A DNA stretch of 64,000 nt from an uncultured Eubacteriales bacterium. GTDB taxonomy: Bacteria; Bacillota; Clostridia; Lachnospirales; Vallitaleaceae. Positions 30,220-39,858 of this stretch are shown in pieces. Every line of letters starts with the position of its first letter. The first letter of the stretch is position 1. Where the stretch lies: assembly GCA_964627665.1 (NCBI GenBank), contig CAZVKG010000011.1, positions 7,144-71,143 of the forward strand, read 5' to 3'. The position numbers were made by a program, and so were the translations under genes. The notes beneath the pieces are model-generated. The model did no database searches. It was given only the letters and a program-made list of their open reading frames with translations, and was not told the origin of the DNA.

Positions 30220-30705
30220 ATGAACACTCAAATTGATAACATTATAAATCATCCGAAATATAAAACGTACTATACAAAAATACAGGAACATGAAAAAGAG
30301 CGCTCATCATGTAAACACGATATGTTTCATTTTCTTGATGTCGCACGTATTGCATATATCCTTAATTTTGAAAATGATTTATCCATTCCTAAAAAGCTTA
30401 TTTATGCCACAGCACTACTACATGACATTGGACGTTTTGAACAATATGAGCGCGGGATTGATCATGAAATTTCTAGCGCATCTTTGTGTTTGGAAATTCT
30501 TCAAGACGCTAATTTTACTGAAGACGAAATTCATCAGATACAAACGGCCATTATCAATCATCGAAACATGGATATAAAAGACGACAAGAACCTTAGCGGA
30601 ATAATCTATCGAGCAGATAAAGCTTCTAGGCCTTGCCATTCTTGCTTAGTTCAAGATGTATGTAACTGGCCTATTGAAAAGCAAAACCTTATGATTAACT
30701 ATTAA
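30220..30705 (+). CDS. HD-domain phosphohydrolase (candidate dihydroneopterin triphosphate pyrophosphatase)
   Basis: H...LLHDIGR...H...NHR...ADK HD motifs; embedded between pabC and folP. Confidence 0.85.
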   Translation: MNTQIDNIINHPKYKTYYTKIQEHEKERSSCKHDMFHFLDVARIAYILNFENDLSIPKKLIYATALLHDIGRFEQYERGIDHEISSASLCLEILQDANFTEDEIHQIQTAIINHRNMDIKDDKNLSGIIYRADKASRPCHSCLVQDVCNWPIEKQNLMINY

Positions 30706-30729
30706 CACAGATACGAGAGGAGTAAAGCT

Positions 30730-31539
30730 ATGCAAATTGGAAACACATTGTTTAATTTTAAGCATCATGGCTATATTATGGGTATTCTTAATGCAACACC
30801 GGACTCTTTTTCAGATGGTGGCCTGCATAATACAACCGACGCTGCAGTAAAACGAACCCTTGAGATGATTGAAGAGGGCGCATCCATTATTGATATAGGT
30901 GGAGAATCAACGCGTCCCGGTCATGAATCTGTAAGCACAGAAGAAGAAATAGAACGTATTGTGCCTATTATTGAGGCCATTCGAAAAGAAACATCAACTC
31001 CTATTTCTGTTGATACAAGTAAAAGCCAAGTTGCTCATGCAGCTCTACACGCCGGAGCATCTATGGTCAATGATGTATGGGGCCTAAAAAAAGACCCTGA
31101 ACTTGCACGGATTATCGCAAAATACCAAGTGCCTTGTTGCATTATGCACAATCGTGAAGATACACATTATAATTCGCTCATCCAAGATGTTATTGACGAC
31201 TTACAAACAAGCATCGATATAGCCCTCAACGCCGGCATACTTCACTCTCAGATCATTATTGATCCGGGTATTGGATTTGCTAAAACACTAAATGATAATC
31301 TCTACATAATGAATCACTTAGATGAACTTCAGGTCTTTAAGTTACCTATTCTTCTAGGTACATCACGAAAGTCCATGATTGGTTTAGCGCTGTCTCAGCC
31401 TGTCGACAAACGTGTTGAAGGCACCATCGCAACGACAACGTTTGGATATGTGCAAGGATGTCGACTATTCCGCGTTCACGACATAAAGGAAAACTATCTT
31501 GCACTAAAAATGATTGAAGCAATTAAAAATGGAGGTTAA
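30730..31539 (+). CDS. folP: Dihydropteroate synthase
   Basis: GILNATPDSFSDGG, IGGESTRPG, DPGIGF, GTSRKS, RVHD. Confidence 0.97.
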   Translation: MQIGNTLFNFKHHGYIMGILNATPDSFSDGGLHNTTDAAVKRTLEMIEEGASIIDIGGESTRPGHESVSTEEEIERIVPIIEAIRKETSTPISVDTSKSQVAHAALHAGASMVNDVWGLKKDPELARIIAKYQVPCCIMHNREDTHYNSLIQDVIDDLQTSIDIALNAGILHSQIIIDPGIGFAKTLNDNLYIMNHLDELQVFKLPILLGTSRKSMIGLALSQPVDKRVEGTIATTTFGYVQGCRLFRVHDIKENYLALKMIEAIKNGG

Positions 31540-31540
31540 T

Positions 31541-32359
31541 ATGGACCAACTAATTATAAAAGATCTAGAACTTTTTGCATATCACGGTGTGAATCAAGAA
31601 GAAAAAAATATGGGACAAAAGTTTATTCTTGAAGCTATTATTGATCTCGACCTCTCCTCTGCCGGAGAAAATGACCAGATCGATTCAGCACTCAACTATG
31701 CAAAACTCTGTCATGAACTTCAACACATTTTTACTGCTTATAAACATGATCTGATTGAACGTGCAGCAACGGTATTATGCGACTACATTCTCACCCACTA
31801 TGCACAAGTCAAAAAAGTCGATGTCACTCTAAAAAAACCTTGGGCACCGATTCATCTTCCTCTTGATTATCCTGCTGTTCGTCTGGTGCGCGCTTGGCAC
31901 AAAGCCTATATCGCTCTAGGCTCAAACATGGGCGACAAAAAGCAGAACATAAAACAAGCCCTTGACTATATAAGTAAGGCTCCTCATACACAGCTTGTAA
32001 GGTCTTCATCCTTGATCGTAACTGCACCTGTCGGTTATACCGATCAAGATGACTTTTTAAACGGTGTCTGCGAAATAAAAACCACGCTTTCTCCAACAAA
32101 ACTTATGGATTTTCTCCTCAACATTGAAAATACACTCGGTCGAATTCGAACACTTCATTGGGGACCACGAACCATTGACCTTGACGTCCTTTATTATGAT
32201 GATTGCATCACTGACGATCCCCATATCACACTTCCCCACCCAAGAATGGCCGAACGGCAATTTGTCCTGGGACCATTAAATGAAATCGCACCTTACGCGA
32301 TTCATCCTTTGTTAAAAAAACGTACCTTTGAATTAATAAAAGATACCGATATAGTTTAA
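31541..32359 (+). CDS. folK: Bifunctional dihydroneopterin aldolase / HPPK (FolB-FolK fusion)
   Basis: N-terminal FAYHGV..EE...GQKF (FolB); C-terminal IALGSNMG, WGPRTIDLD, LPHP...R.FV (FolK). Confidence 0.95.
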   Translation: MDQLIIKDLELFAYHGVNQEEKNMGQKFILEAIIDLDLSSAGENDQIDSALNYAKLCHELQHIFTAYKHDLIERAATVLCDYILTHYAQVKKVDVTLKKPWAPIHLPLDYPAVRLVRAWHKAYIALGSNMGDKKQNIKQALDYISKAPHTQLVRSSSLIVTAPVGYTDQDDFLNGVCEIKTTLSPTKLMDFLLNIENTLGRIRTLHWGPRTIDLDVLYYDDCITDDPHITLPHPRMAERQFVLGPLNEIAPYAIHPLLKKRTFELIKDTDIV

Positions 32360-32374
32360 CTATCGGTATCTTTT
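32338..32374. terminator. Bidirectional intrinsic terminator after folK
   Basis: AAAAGATACCGATA...TATCGGTATCTTTT 14-bp inverted repeat between convergent genes. Confidence 0.8.
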
Positions 32375-32428
32375 GTTTTAAACTCCTGTTTAAACTTCGA
32401 TTTATAAATGAGTTTTATTTATTGAATT

Positions 32429-32944
32429 TTATTCAACATCATACGCCGGCAAGCGATTAAGAATATTTTTACGTTGCTCTGCAATTAATCCCGATCCATG
32501 TCCCATTGGACATACAAGGCACCAACTTCTTGGCTTGAAAAATATGCCCATTAAAATTCCGACAACAAAGGATATGCCCATAAATCTTAAGAATGCAAAA
32601 GCCATCTTTTCAAACACAAAACCTGTGTGATACAGGGAAATGCTAAATACGGTTAACATCACTATCAATAAGATGTGCTTTGCTTTTTTCGTGCGCATAT
32701 ATGCCGGGAGTTGTCTATTCATCGATATTTTTTCTAAGAACCTTCCTAGAAACGATCCTCTTGGACAATACTTGGAACAATGAATCTTTCCTTCCCCTCT
32801 AAGAGCATGCACTATTGGCGCTCCCATACAGACCACACCTAAAATACCAAAGCGCGTATCCAAAATACCTAAAACAAAAAAAGTAATAATTAATATCCAT
32901 GTCCAATGCTGTTGCGATTTTTTTCGAGTTGAACTCTGATTCAT
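32429..32944 (-). CDS. Membrane 4Fe-4S-binding (NapH/YccM-like CxxxCP) protein
   Basis: HCSKYCPRG and WCLVCPMG motifs with TM helices. Confidence 0.8.
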   Translation of the reverse strand: MNQSSTRKKSQQHWTWILIITFFVLGILDTRFGILGVVCMGAPIVHALRGEGKIHCSKYCPRGSFLGRFLEKISMNRQLPAYMRTKKAKHILLIVMLTVFSISLYHTGFVFEKMAFAFLRFMGISFVVGILMGIFFKPRSWCLVCPMGHGSGLIAEQRKNILNRLPAYDVE

Positions 32945-33049
32945 ATCTGCCTCCTGTTGCTATATGTTTATTGTATACACTATCTATATCCAGTTAACAT
33001 AATATATCAATATTCAGATTTTGTCAATAAAAAAACTAACATTTTTAAA

Positions 33050-33239
33050 TAAACCAACCTTTTATTGTGAATTTTTGACACTGTATTTAGATGTTCTTCA
33101 TTAAAAACAAAAAAATAGTAACTTGAGGATTCGACTGTTTGAGTGAAACGAGTTTCGAATCCGGTTACTATTTTTGAATATTTTTGATGTTAGATCATCT
33201 TAATATTGTGTATTGAATAAACAATAAAAGATTGGTTTA
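33050..33239. repeat. About 190-nt imperfect palindromic (rod-like hairpin) intergenic element
   Basis: Terminal arms taaaccaaccttttattgt / acaataaaagattggttta (18 of 19 match). Inner arms aaaaatagtaac / gttactattttt and ggattcga / tcgaatcc. Apex ctgtttgagtgaaacgagtt. Confidence 0.8.
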
Positions 33240-33244
33240 ACCTC

Positions 33245-34369
33245 TTACTTCAATGTTACTTTTTCCCACACATCTTCATTCACAACAGTTTCATAGTTCG
33301 TCATCACTTCTTCATACAGTGTTGTAAAGGCTTCTGAACGCTGTTGATATTTATAGTTTTCACGAATAGAATCTAATGTCGCTTCTACTTGTTCAACTTG
33401 ATCTTGTGTTGAAGGAAGTTTTTCTTCTAATTTGATGATATGGTAGCCATAAGATGTTGCTACAAGATCACTAATCTGTCCTTCTTCAAGACCAAATGCA
33501 GTTTCTTCAAATTCAGGCACCATTTGACCACGTCCAAATGTATATTCACCACCAGTTTCTACCGAACCCGGATCTTCTGTATTTTCAGTAGCTAAGGTTG
33601 CAAAGTCTTCACCTGCTTTTGCACGTTCTAATAAATTTTCAGCTTTTTCTTTTGCTGCTGCAATCTCATCCGCCTCAAGTGGTTGATTTGTTGTTTGGTC
33701 TACTGTAGAGATTAAAATATGTCGCGCACGTACTTGATCACTATAATTTTCCACACCAATATTTGTGATATCTGTGTATGTTGGATCCGCTTCAACGGCT
33801 ACTTGAAGTGCTTCTTCGTCAATCTCAACATCTTTTGTCATTTCTTCAAATACAAGTTCGCTTAAGCCCGTTTGAATCATAATCTTTTCAATGTTTTCAA
33901 GACTAAATCCATACTGAGCTACAATAGTAGGATCAAAGGATTCATAAATACTTACCGCTTGTGCAAGATACTCTTCTTTGCTTTCCTCTGTTAGTTCCAA
34001 TCCATATTCATTGGCTAAGTCTACCATAACAACACCTTGGACCGATACGCCCTTAATCGTATCTTTAATACCGTCCTCTAATGTCAAGCCTTCGCCCATT
34101 TCCATGTCCCAATCTGATATTCCATATGAACCTTCGTACATACTTTTATAATAATAAGTCCAAAAATTAATTTCACTTAACATAATCTCTTGATCATTAA
34201 CTGTGAAAACTACCTCATCATTAAAATCAGTTACTGTAACATCTTCTCCACCGTTATTGCTTGTTACTTCATCTTCTGTTGCTTTGTTTTCAGCGTCCTC
34301 TGAATTACACCCAGCAAATAGGCTAATTGTCAGAACGAGCACCAAAAGTATTCCTAGTGTCTTCTTCAT
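33245..34369 (-). CDS. prsA: PrsA-like parvulin peptidyl-prolyl isomerase lipoprotein
   Basis: Lipobox LFAGC; VRARHILI, GEDFATLA, DPGS..TGG, MVPEFEE.AF, SYGYHIIK. Confidence 0.9.
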   Translation of the reverse strand: MKKTLGILLVLVLTISLFAGCNSEDAENKATEDEVTSNNGGEDVTVTDFNDEVVFTVNDQEIMLSEINFWTYYYKSMYEGSYGISDWDMEMGEGLTLEDGIKDTIKGVSVQGVVMVDLANEYGLELTEESKEEYLAQAVSIYESFDPTIVAQYGFSLENIEKIMIQTGLSELVFEEMTKDVEIDEEALQVAVEADPTYTDITNIGVENYSDQVRARHILISTVDQTTNQPLEADEIAAAKEKAENLLERAKAGEDFATLATENTEDPGSVETGGEYTFGRGQMVPEFEETAFGLEEGQISDLVATSYGYHIIKLEEKLPSTQDQVEQVEATLDSIRENYKYQQRSEAFTTLYEEVMTNYETVVNEDVWEKVTLK

Positions 34370-34392
34370 AAATTCACTCCTTCAATAAAATT

Positions 34393-34465
34393 GGTTTCAC
34401 CACGTTAGTTTCCGTGATGAAACCTACAACTATTACAGTGTAATCTATTTTCGTGACAAAATCAA
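34393..34465 (-). promoter_or_regulatory. prsA promoter and 5'-UTR hairpin
   Basis: TTGATT-N17-TACACT (34465-34437), followed by the hairpin GGTTTCATCACG...CGTGGTGAAACC (34424-34393). Confidence 0.55.
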
Positions 34466-34500
34466 TGAAAATTTGTGAACAAATTATGAACCCATTGATC

Positions 34501-35382
34501 TTATTGTGCTACTTCGTGATATTCTAATAATATCCTTGATAAAAGAATGGCGCATTCCTCACGTGTTGCTAATCGATTGGCTTGATATGGATAATAATAG
34601 ATATCTGTTGATTGAATCACATTTTGACGGACCAATTGATTAAAATATTCAAAACTCCAATGCCCATTTGATCCATATGGGTAGTTACCACCATCACTGT
34701 ATAAGGTAAATGTTCGACTTAAAATTGTCACTAATTCTCCTATAGTTATGGTACCGTTAGGATCAAAGCGGTCTTGCCCTTTTCCTTGAACAATTCCTTT
34801 CGCTGCTAAGGTGTGAATATATTCTTGCGCCCAATGGGTTGTCGGCACATCTAAAAATCCAGCCGACAACTCAGTCGTCATTCCGGTCGCCATATATAGC
34901 ATTTTACTGAATTCTGCACGGGAAACTGATTGACTCGGTTTAATTGTACCATCGGCATATCCATTGAGAACACCCAAATCATACAACATCTGAATAGCTT
35001 TACTTGCCTCGGCCTCATCTGGCATATCGCTAAACACCGGTGTATCTAAATCCGCTGTTGCCTCTAATAAAATAATATTAAAAGGGGTTTTGATATTATT
35101 CACGTCAATACGCCGTTCACTAAGACCTAGATGAGCATCAAGACCTGATGTATAACGTATAATGACGTCCCCCTCCGTATTTTGGCTCCAACTATGAATC
35201 ATAATAGGTGTTGTCACCGATTCATGGTTCCACTTAAGAGTCACTATCCCCGCCTCTTCTGACACCCAATCTACTCGATAGATGACATGTGCCTGGTTAG
35301 CAGTGACGCTCATGGAACTGATAAGCATAAACAATAAGCTTATCAAGCCAGTTTTTATTGGTTGTTTTATCGTTGATTTCAT
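34501..35382 (-). CDS. S-layer homology (SLH) domain protein
   Basis: Signal peptide; three SLH repeats (GVLNGYADGTIKPSQSVSRAEF, FLDVPTTHWA...GIVQG...FDPNGTIT, ATREE). Confidence 0.9.
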   Translation of the reverse strand: MKSTIKQPIKTGLISLLFMLISSMSVTANQAHVIYRVDWVSEEAGIVTLKWNHESVTTPIMIHSWSQNTEGDVIIRYTSGLDAHLGLSERRIDVNNIKTPFNIILLEATADLDTPVFSDMPDEAEASKAIQMLYDLGVLNGYADGTIKPSQSVSRAEFSKMLYMATGMTTELSAGFLDVPTTHWAQEYIHTLAAKGIVQGKGQDRFDPNGTITIGELVTILSRTFTLYSDGGNYPYGSNGHWSFEYFNQLVRQNVIQSTDIYYYPYQANRLATREECAILLSRILLEYHEVAQ

Positions 35383-35396
35383 TATCTTACCACTCC

Positions 35397-38300
35397 TTAA
35401 AGCTCTTCAGCTTTTGCCCAAAGTGCAAAAAGCTCACCATAAGTAATATTTGCCTTTGGACGTAAATTTGAGACATCTGCAATAAGATTCTCTGTCACTG
35501 CTTTTGCAATAGCCGGTCGATACTCCGGATTAATAGAAGCATTTCCGTTAACGATTGCAAGATCTTGTGCACTTGCCCTAAACCCATATCCTTCACGTAC
35601 ATCAATAGCTTCTAAAATCATAGCTATTGCTTCTTCTCGTGTAACTGATTGTCTATCTTTTGTCCTATTCTTTTTAACACCCGAATAGTATAAACTATTC
35701 ATTTGATTTGTAGTAATAAATGCATCTACGTTAATCGTATTTGCATTGCGAATCATACCATCAACAATATTGATCAATACATTTTCGCTAACAAATGCAT
35801 TCGGATTATAGCCATTAAGTCCAAGCACCGTATACTTATTATCAATATCTTGTTTATAGGGATTTGACCAATGATTTAACTGTGTTGGCCGTATCTCAGA
35901 ACTTCCATCTTGCATATATACACCATATGCACCTAAATTTCTTGTTGATATCGTATATAACCCATTTGCACGTTCATAATTTCCCGACATTAAGGTCCAC
36001 CGATTTGCTTTGTCTAATGCATATGCTATGGGATTTTGAATATAACTTCCATACAATGACCATGTTCTAAATGCGTAGGTGATTGGTGCTTGTGTGTAAT
36101 CAAGTAAGGTATTTACGCGATTATTACTCACACGTATAGCTACATTTTGAGGTGCCGATACGACCCGCAATGCCGTATTGGGCATCGTGTCATTATAAAA
36201 GGCATCTGCTGAATCAACTGTAATTTCAATCGTTGGTGCATCTTTATACTGACGTACTTGACGTTCAACTTCATTCATCCAAGCATCATGTGGAAATGAT
36301 AAAACCACATCTCCGGCATCGACTTGGAAGAGAATCTGATACTCATCAAAAGCTTCTGCAATAGTGTAGGGAATTATGACCTTTCGGCTTTTAATCGCTC
36401 TAGATTCAAAACGTGATACATCCGCTGTATATATATATACATTATCTTGAATCAATCGACTTATCAGACGTTGGTCGACACGATTATCGCGATTATCATC
36501 CTCATCGACTTCGTCGCTTCGGAATCGATATATTAATTCTTGTGTATCTCGATTATATATCAACTCAAAATCTTCGCTTGGTAAAATCTCTAATGCCGGA
36601 TCATAACTTCCGTCATATTCAGCACCAGATTGTAGCACGAGAATCTTTAATGTTGGGGAATATTCAAGAGACTCTTTAACAATCAATTGACCTTCTTCTT
36701 CTCCTGTAATTGTTACCACAGTTTTTAATCGGAAATAATAATAACGGTTACTGATCAGTTCATTAACTTTAATTAATGTTGTCTCCAAATCTTCAACATT
36801 TCCTGGGATATCCGGATTAGGGGCTCCTGTTTTGATATATTGAGCATCAGTAAAACTAGGATTTTGTGCCACTTCAATTTTATAGGCATACTCTCGCTGA
36901 ACTTTATTATTATCCGGTGTATCTTCGTATTGCAACTCGCCTAAATCCTTAAGCCATTCAAGGGCTACATAGTCGCTACCTACGCCGGCGTCATAATTAT
37001 ATTCCTCCATGGTTTCATCAGAAGGAATACCTACACCACGTGGATAGCCGGGATTATCTATATCGAGGGTCTTCCCATAAACCGGATTGCTCCAATCGCT
37101 TGATAGTCCTGTCTCAGGGTTTGTCGCACGTATGTAAAAATAATAACCGGTATTGGGAAATAAATCATCCACCTCAAAGGCATGTTTTCCATTACTTAAC
37201 CCATCCGGAATAAGCAAGTCAAAAGCTACTGAGTTTTCAAAAGCATCATCGCGACCATAACGAATCTCATATGTATATGCCCGATTATAAAACCAATATG
37301 CATCAATCGCTTGTTCTTGCGGATTGGTTGTTTCTAAAAAGGGTACTTTCGGCGTTGGAAGCACTTCATCATCTTCAGGATCTGTTACGACAACAATTGA
37401 TGACGGATAGTGGGCTTTTAATACTTCATCAATACCCTCAATCTCTCGATAAGGTTGAATCAAGAACAGATAGCGCGAATTGGATTCAAGACCTTCTTCC
37501 GTATATTCAATGCGCCCATCCTCTATAATGACATCTTCACTGATTTCTTTCCATCCTGCATCTTCTGCGCCGAGTTGACGGACGTATTCTGCAAATGTGT
37601 CTACTTCTAAATCCCCTAAGGCTTCTAATACCTCACTATAGAGAACGTAACGGAAGTTAAAACCAAGATTTGAAATCTCTGAGTCTTCCCCTAAATCAAT
37701 TGTTCTATGTTTTAAAGTTACTTCTTCACTTGTCTCCGGTTCTTGTAATGTTATTACCCGAATCGATGTTATACTATCATTGATAGCAATGGACTTTGTT
37801 ATATCATCTTCTTTTATAAATATGATATCTCCATCGTCATCATCATAACTTGTTAAATAGCTTGATGCATCTTCGAAAGCACTATCACTTATAGTTATTG
37901 ACGTCGTTGAGTCTTCTCGTAAATAGATTTTGTGGGTCCAACGGTCAAAGTAATTGATAGATCCATCTGAGTTCATCGGCATAACTTCATCCCACTGCAT
38001 TTGTGATTCAACAGTTACTGACGTCTGGCTTGTATCAATAACTTTTAACGGTGGTGTTGACATTACCGGCGGTACATAAACAGCACCATTATTATCATAA
38101 TATAGAGACACAATCGTTGGCTCACTTGTTAATGTCTCATCACCATATTCTTTTTTTGCCTGAACTTTTATATAATAAAGTTTATTTGGCTCTAATGATT
38201 TATATGTATTGCTTGTTATATCATAATATGTATCTAGCTCGGTGTGAAAACCACGAATACTATTGCGCATATCCTCTTCAGTTTCATTCCGTATTAGCAC

Positions 38301-39845
38301 ATCTCCATCAATCTCTGTATAATTCGCATCCGCAATAAGAGGCTCTGTATTTTCTAAGGCCTCCAACGAATTAGCCACCCATATGTCATAGGATACATTC
38401 AGATCTGTAATCAACGTATCTGCTTCTTCACCAATACCATAACGTCGAAAAGCACCCCAAACAAAGTTAATATAATCTTGTCCTTCTGTCTCTAAATAAA
38501 AACCTTTTTGACTTTCTTTAAACTTTTCCCAGTCCATAATATTTAAATATGGCGCATCCGGAAGAAGATAATTCGAGAGTTCACTTTGGTCCGTATATTC
38601 CGCAAATATCTCTTGCGTTATAATCTCTGGGACATGAGGCTTAGCAGGTACTACTTTTGACTCTGAAGGAAAAAAAACAACTTCATTTGAATCTGCATAG
38701 AGAAAATGAAGATTCCCCTCTGCATCTTCACGTTGATATGTGATTGCCAAGCGGTATTTTGTATTTTGCATAGGTTTATTTACGATATAATAGCCTTTTT
38801 CTCCGGCTTCTTTTCCAAAGATTGCAATAACAGCCTCTTCATCATCCACAATTTCCAATAGACGAATTTCGGATAAGGTATAATCCGCGAGTGCACCTTC
38901 CCCAATACCTGAACCCGTACTCTCCACATACCACTCTAGTCGAAGTGTTGTATCAAGCTCAATATACGACAAATCACTGATGGCTAGATAATACCAAACA
39001 TTGGGATTGTTTTTATTATAATAGACACTCTTACCTTTATATGTATTTAGCTCCGGTTCAACTAAGAAAGAATATACCGTTCCTGATTTTGTCGATTCAT
39101 TGAGTGTGTACCTTAACCAACGTCGTCCTTCTCTGTCTGTAAATCGTTCAACATTCTCATGACTTCGGGACAATGGTGGTAATGCTATAACACCGGCATC
39201 CTCATCAAATTGTGTCTTGTTTTCCTTGGCCACACCACTTGTATAGCGAATACGATATTGAATTTCATCCGCGACTTCATCTCCCGGCGCATTCATATCT
39301 TCCCAAACGACACTAATTGCTCCATCATTTTGCTCAAATTCTACCTTAGGCTCAGTCATGAGATAGAGACTTCGTTCTTCAAGATAAGGGGCTGCGATTT
39401 TACGCTTTTCTATTAAGTCTCCTTCATTATTAAATATATCATGATAATGATAAGGTGCAATCCGAACTTCATATAACGATCCCGTCGATAATTTTTTTTC
39501 GCCGGACCACGACATGCTTTCCCCATCGGAACTTACTGCTGTTGCAAGAATATTTAACGGATATTCATCGTTTACTCCTAGTGCTAAATTATTAAAATAA
39601 AAATTATAGGCATAAGGATTATGAATATCAGTCGGATCCGGCATTTGTGCCCACTGAGCTGGATTTGTCCAATTAAATGTCATATTGAGTTCATAATAGT
39701 TTTCTGCCAAATTTAACAGTGTTGAATTGAGCTTAATTTCATCAAATGTCTCAATCGTTTCTTGAATATTTGCATGAATTGGTGATAACCCACTAACGAT
39801 GATTATTAAGGCTATTATATAGCTAAGACTTCGTTTTCGCATCAT
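35397..39845 (-). CDS. Large secreted fibronectin type III repeat protein with degenerate C-terminal SLH-like repeats
   Basis: Signal peptide; FN3-type motifs LEPNKLYYIKVQA, LESNSRYLFLIQP, LFPNTGYYFYIRA...SSDWS, LISNRYYYFRLK. C-terminal VTREEA and LRPKANITYGE. Confidence 0.8.
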   Translation of the reverse strand: MMRKRSLSYIIALIIIVSGLSPIHANIQETIETFDEIKLNSTLLNLAENYYELNMTFNWTNPAQWAQMPDPTDIHNPYAYNFYFNNLALGVNDEYPLNILATAVSSDGESMSWSGEKKLSTGSLYEVRIAPYHYHDIFNNEGDLIEKRKIAAPYLEERSLYLMTEPKVEFEQNDGAISVVWEDMNAPGDEVADEIQYRIRYTSGVAKENKTQFDEDAGVIALPPLSRSHENVERFTDREGRRWLRYTLNESTKSGTVYSFLVEPELNTYKGKSVYYNKNNPNVWYYLAISDLSYIELDTTLRLEWYVESTGSGIGEGALADYTLSEIRLLEIVDDEEAVIAIFGKEAGEKGYYIVNKPMQNTKYRLAITYQREDAEGNLHFLYADSNEVVFFPSESKVVPAKPHVPEIITQEIFAEYTDQSELSNYLLPDAPYLNIMDWEKFKESQKGFYLETEGQDYINFVWGAFRRYGIGEEADTLITDLNVSYDIWVANSLEALENTEPLIADANYTEIDGDVLIRNETEEDMRNSIRGFHTELDTYYDITSNTYKSLEPNKLYYIKVQAKKEYGDETLTSEPTIVSLYYDNNGAVYVPPVMSTPPLKVIDTSQTSVTVESQMQWDEVMPMNSDGSINYFDRWTHKIYLREDSTTSITISDSAFEDASSYLTSYDDDDGDIIFIKEDDITKSIAINDSITSIRVITLQEPETSEEVTLKHRTIDLGEDSEISNLGFNFRYVLYSEVLEALGDLEVDTFAEYVRQLGAEDAGWKEISEDVIIEDGRIEYTEEGLESNSRYLFLIQPYREIEGIDEVLKAHYPSSIVVVTDPEDDEVLPTPKVPFLETTNPQEQAIDAYWFYNRAYTYEIRYGRDDAFENSVAFDLLIPDGLSNGKHAFEVDDLFPNTGYYFYIRATNPETGLSSDWSNPVYGKTLDIDNPGYPRGVGIPSDETMEEYNYDAGVGSDYVALEWLKDLGELQYEDTPDNNKVQREYAYKIEVAQNPSFTDAQYIKTGAPNPDIPGNVEDLETTLIKVNELISNRYYYFRLKTVVTITGEEEGQLIVKESLEYSPTLKILVLQSGAEYDGSYDPALEILPSEDFELIYNRDTQELIYRFRSDEVDEDDNRDNRVDQRLISRLIQDNVYIYTADVSRFESRAIKSRKVIIPYTIAEAFDEYQILFQVDAGDVVLSFPHDAWMNEVERQVRQYKDAPTIEITVDSADAFYNDTMPNTALRVVSAPQNVAIRVSNNRVNTLLDYTQAPITYAFRTWSLYGSYIQNPIAYALDKANRWTLMSGNYERANGLYTISTRNLGAYGVYMQDGSSEIRPTQLNHWSNPYKQDIDNKYTVLGLNGYNPNAFVSENVLINIVDGMIRNANTINVDAFITTNQMNSLYYSGVKKNRTKDRQSVTREEAIAMILEAIDVREGYGFRASAQDLAIVNGNASINPEYRPAIAKAVTENLIADVSNLRPKANITYGELFALWAKAEEL

Positions 39846-39858
39846 CTTATCCCTTCTT

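Noticed and set aside
33127-33162. Hammerhead ribozyme core in the palindrome apex (CTG..TGA..GAAAC)
   Set aside because: The core reads CUGUUUGA rather than CUGANGA, and there is no room for stem II.
34472-34490. Rex-like operator (tttgtgaacaaattatgaa) upstream of prsA
   Set aside because: Only one half-site matches, in AT-rich sequence.
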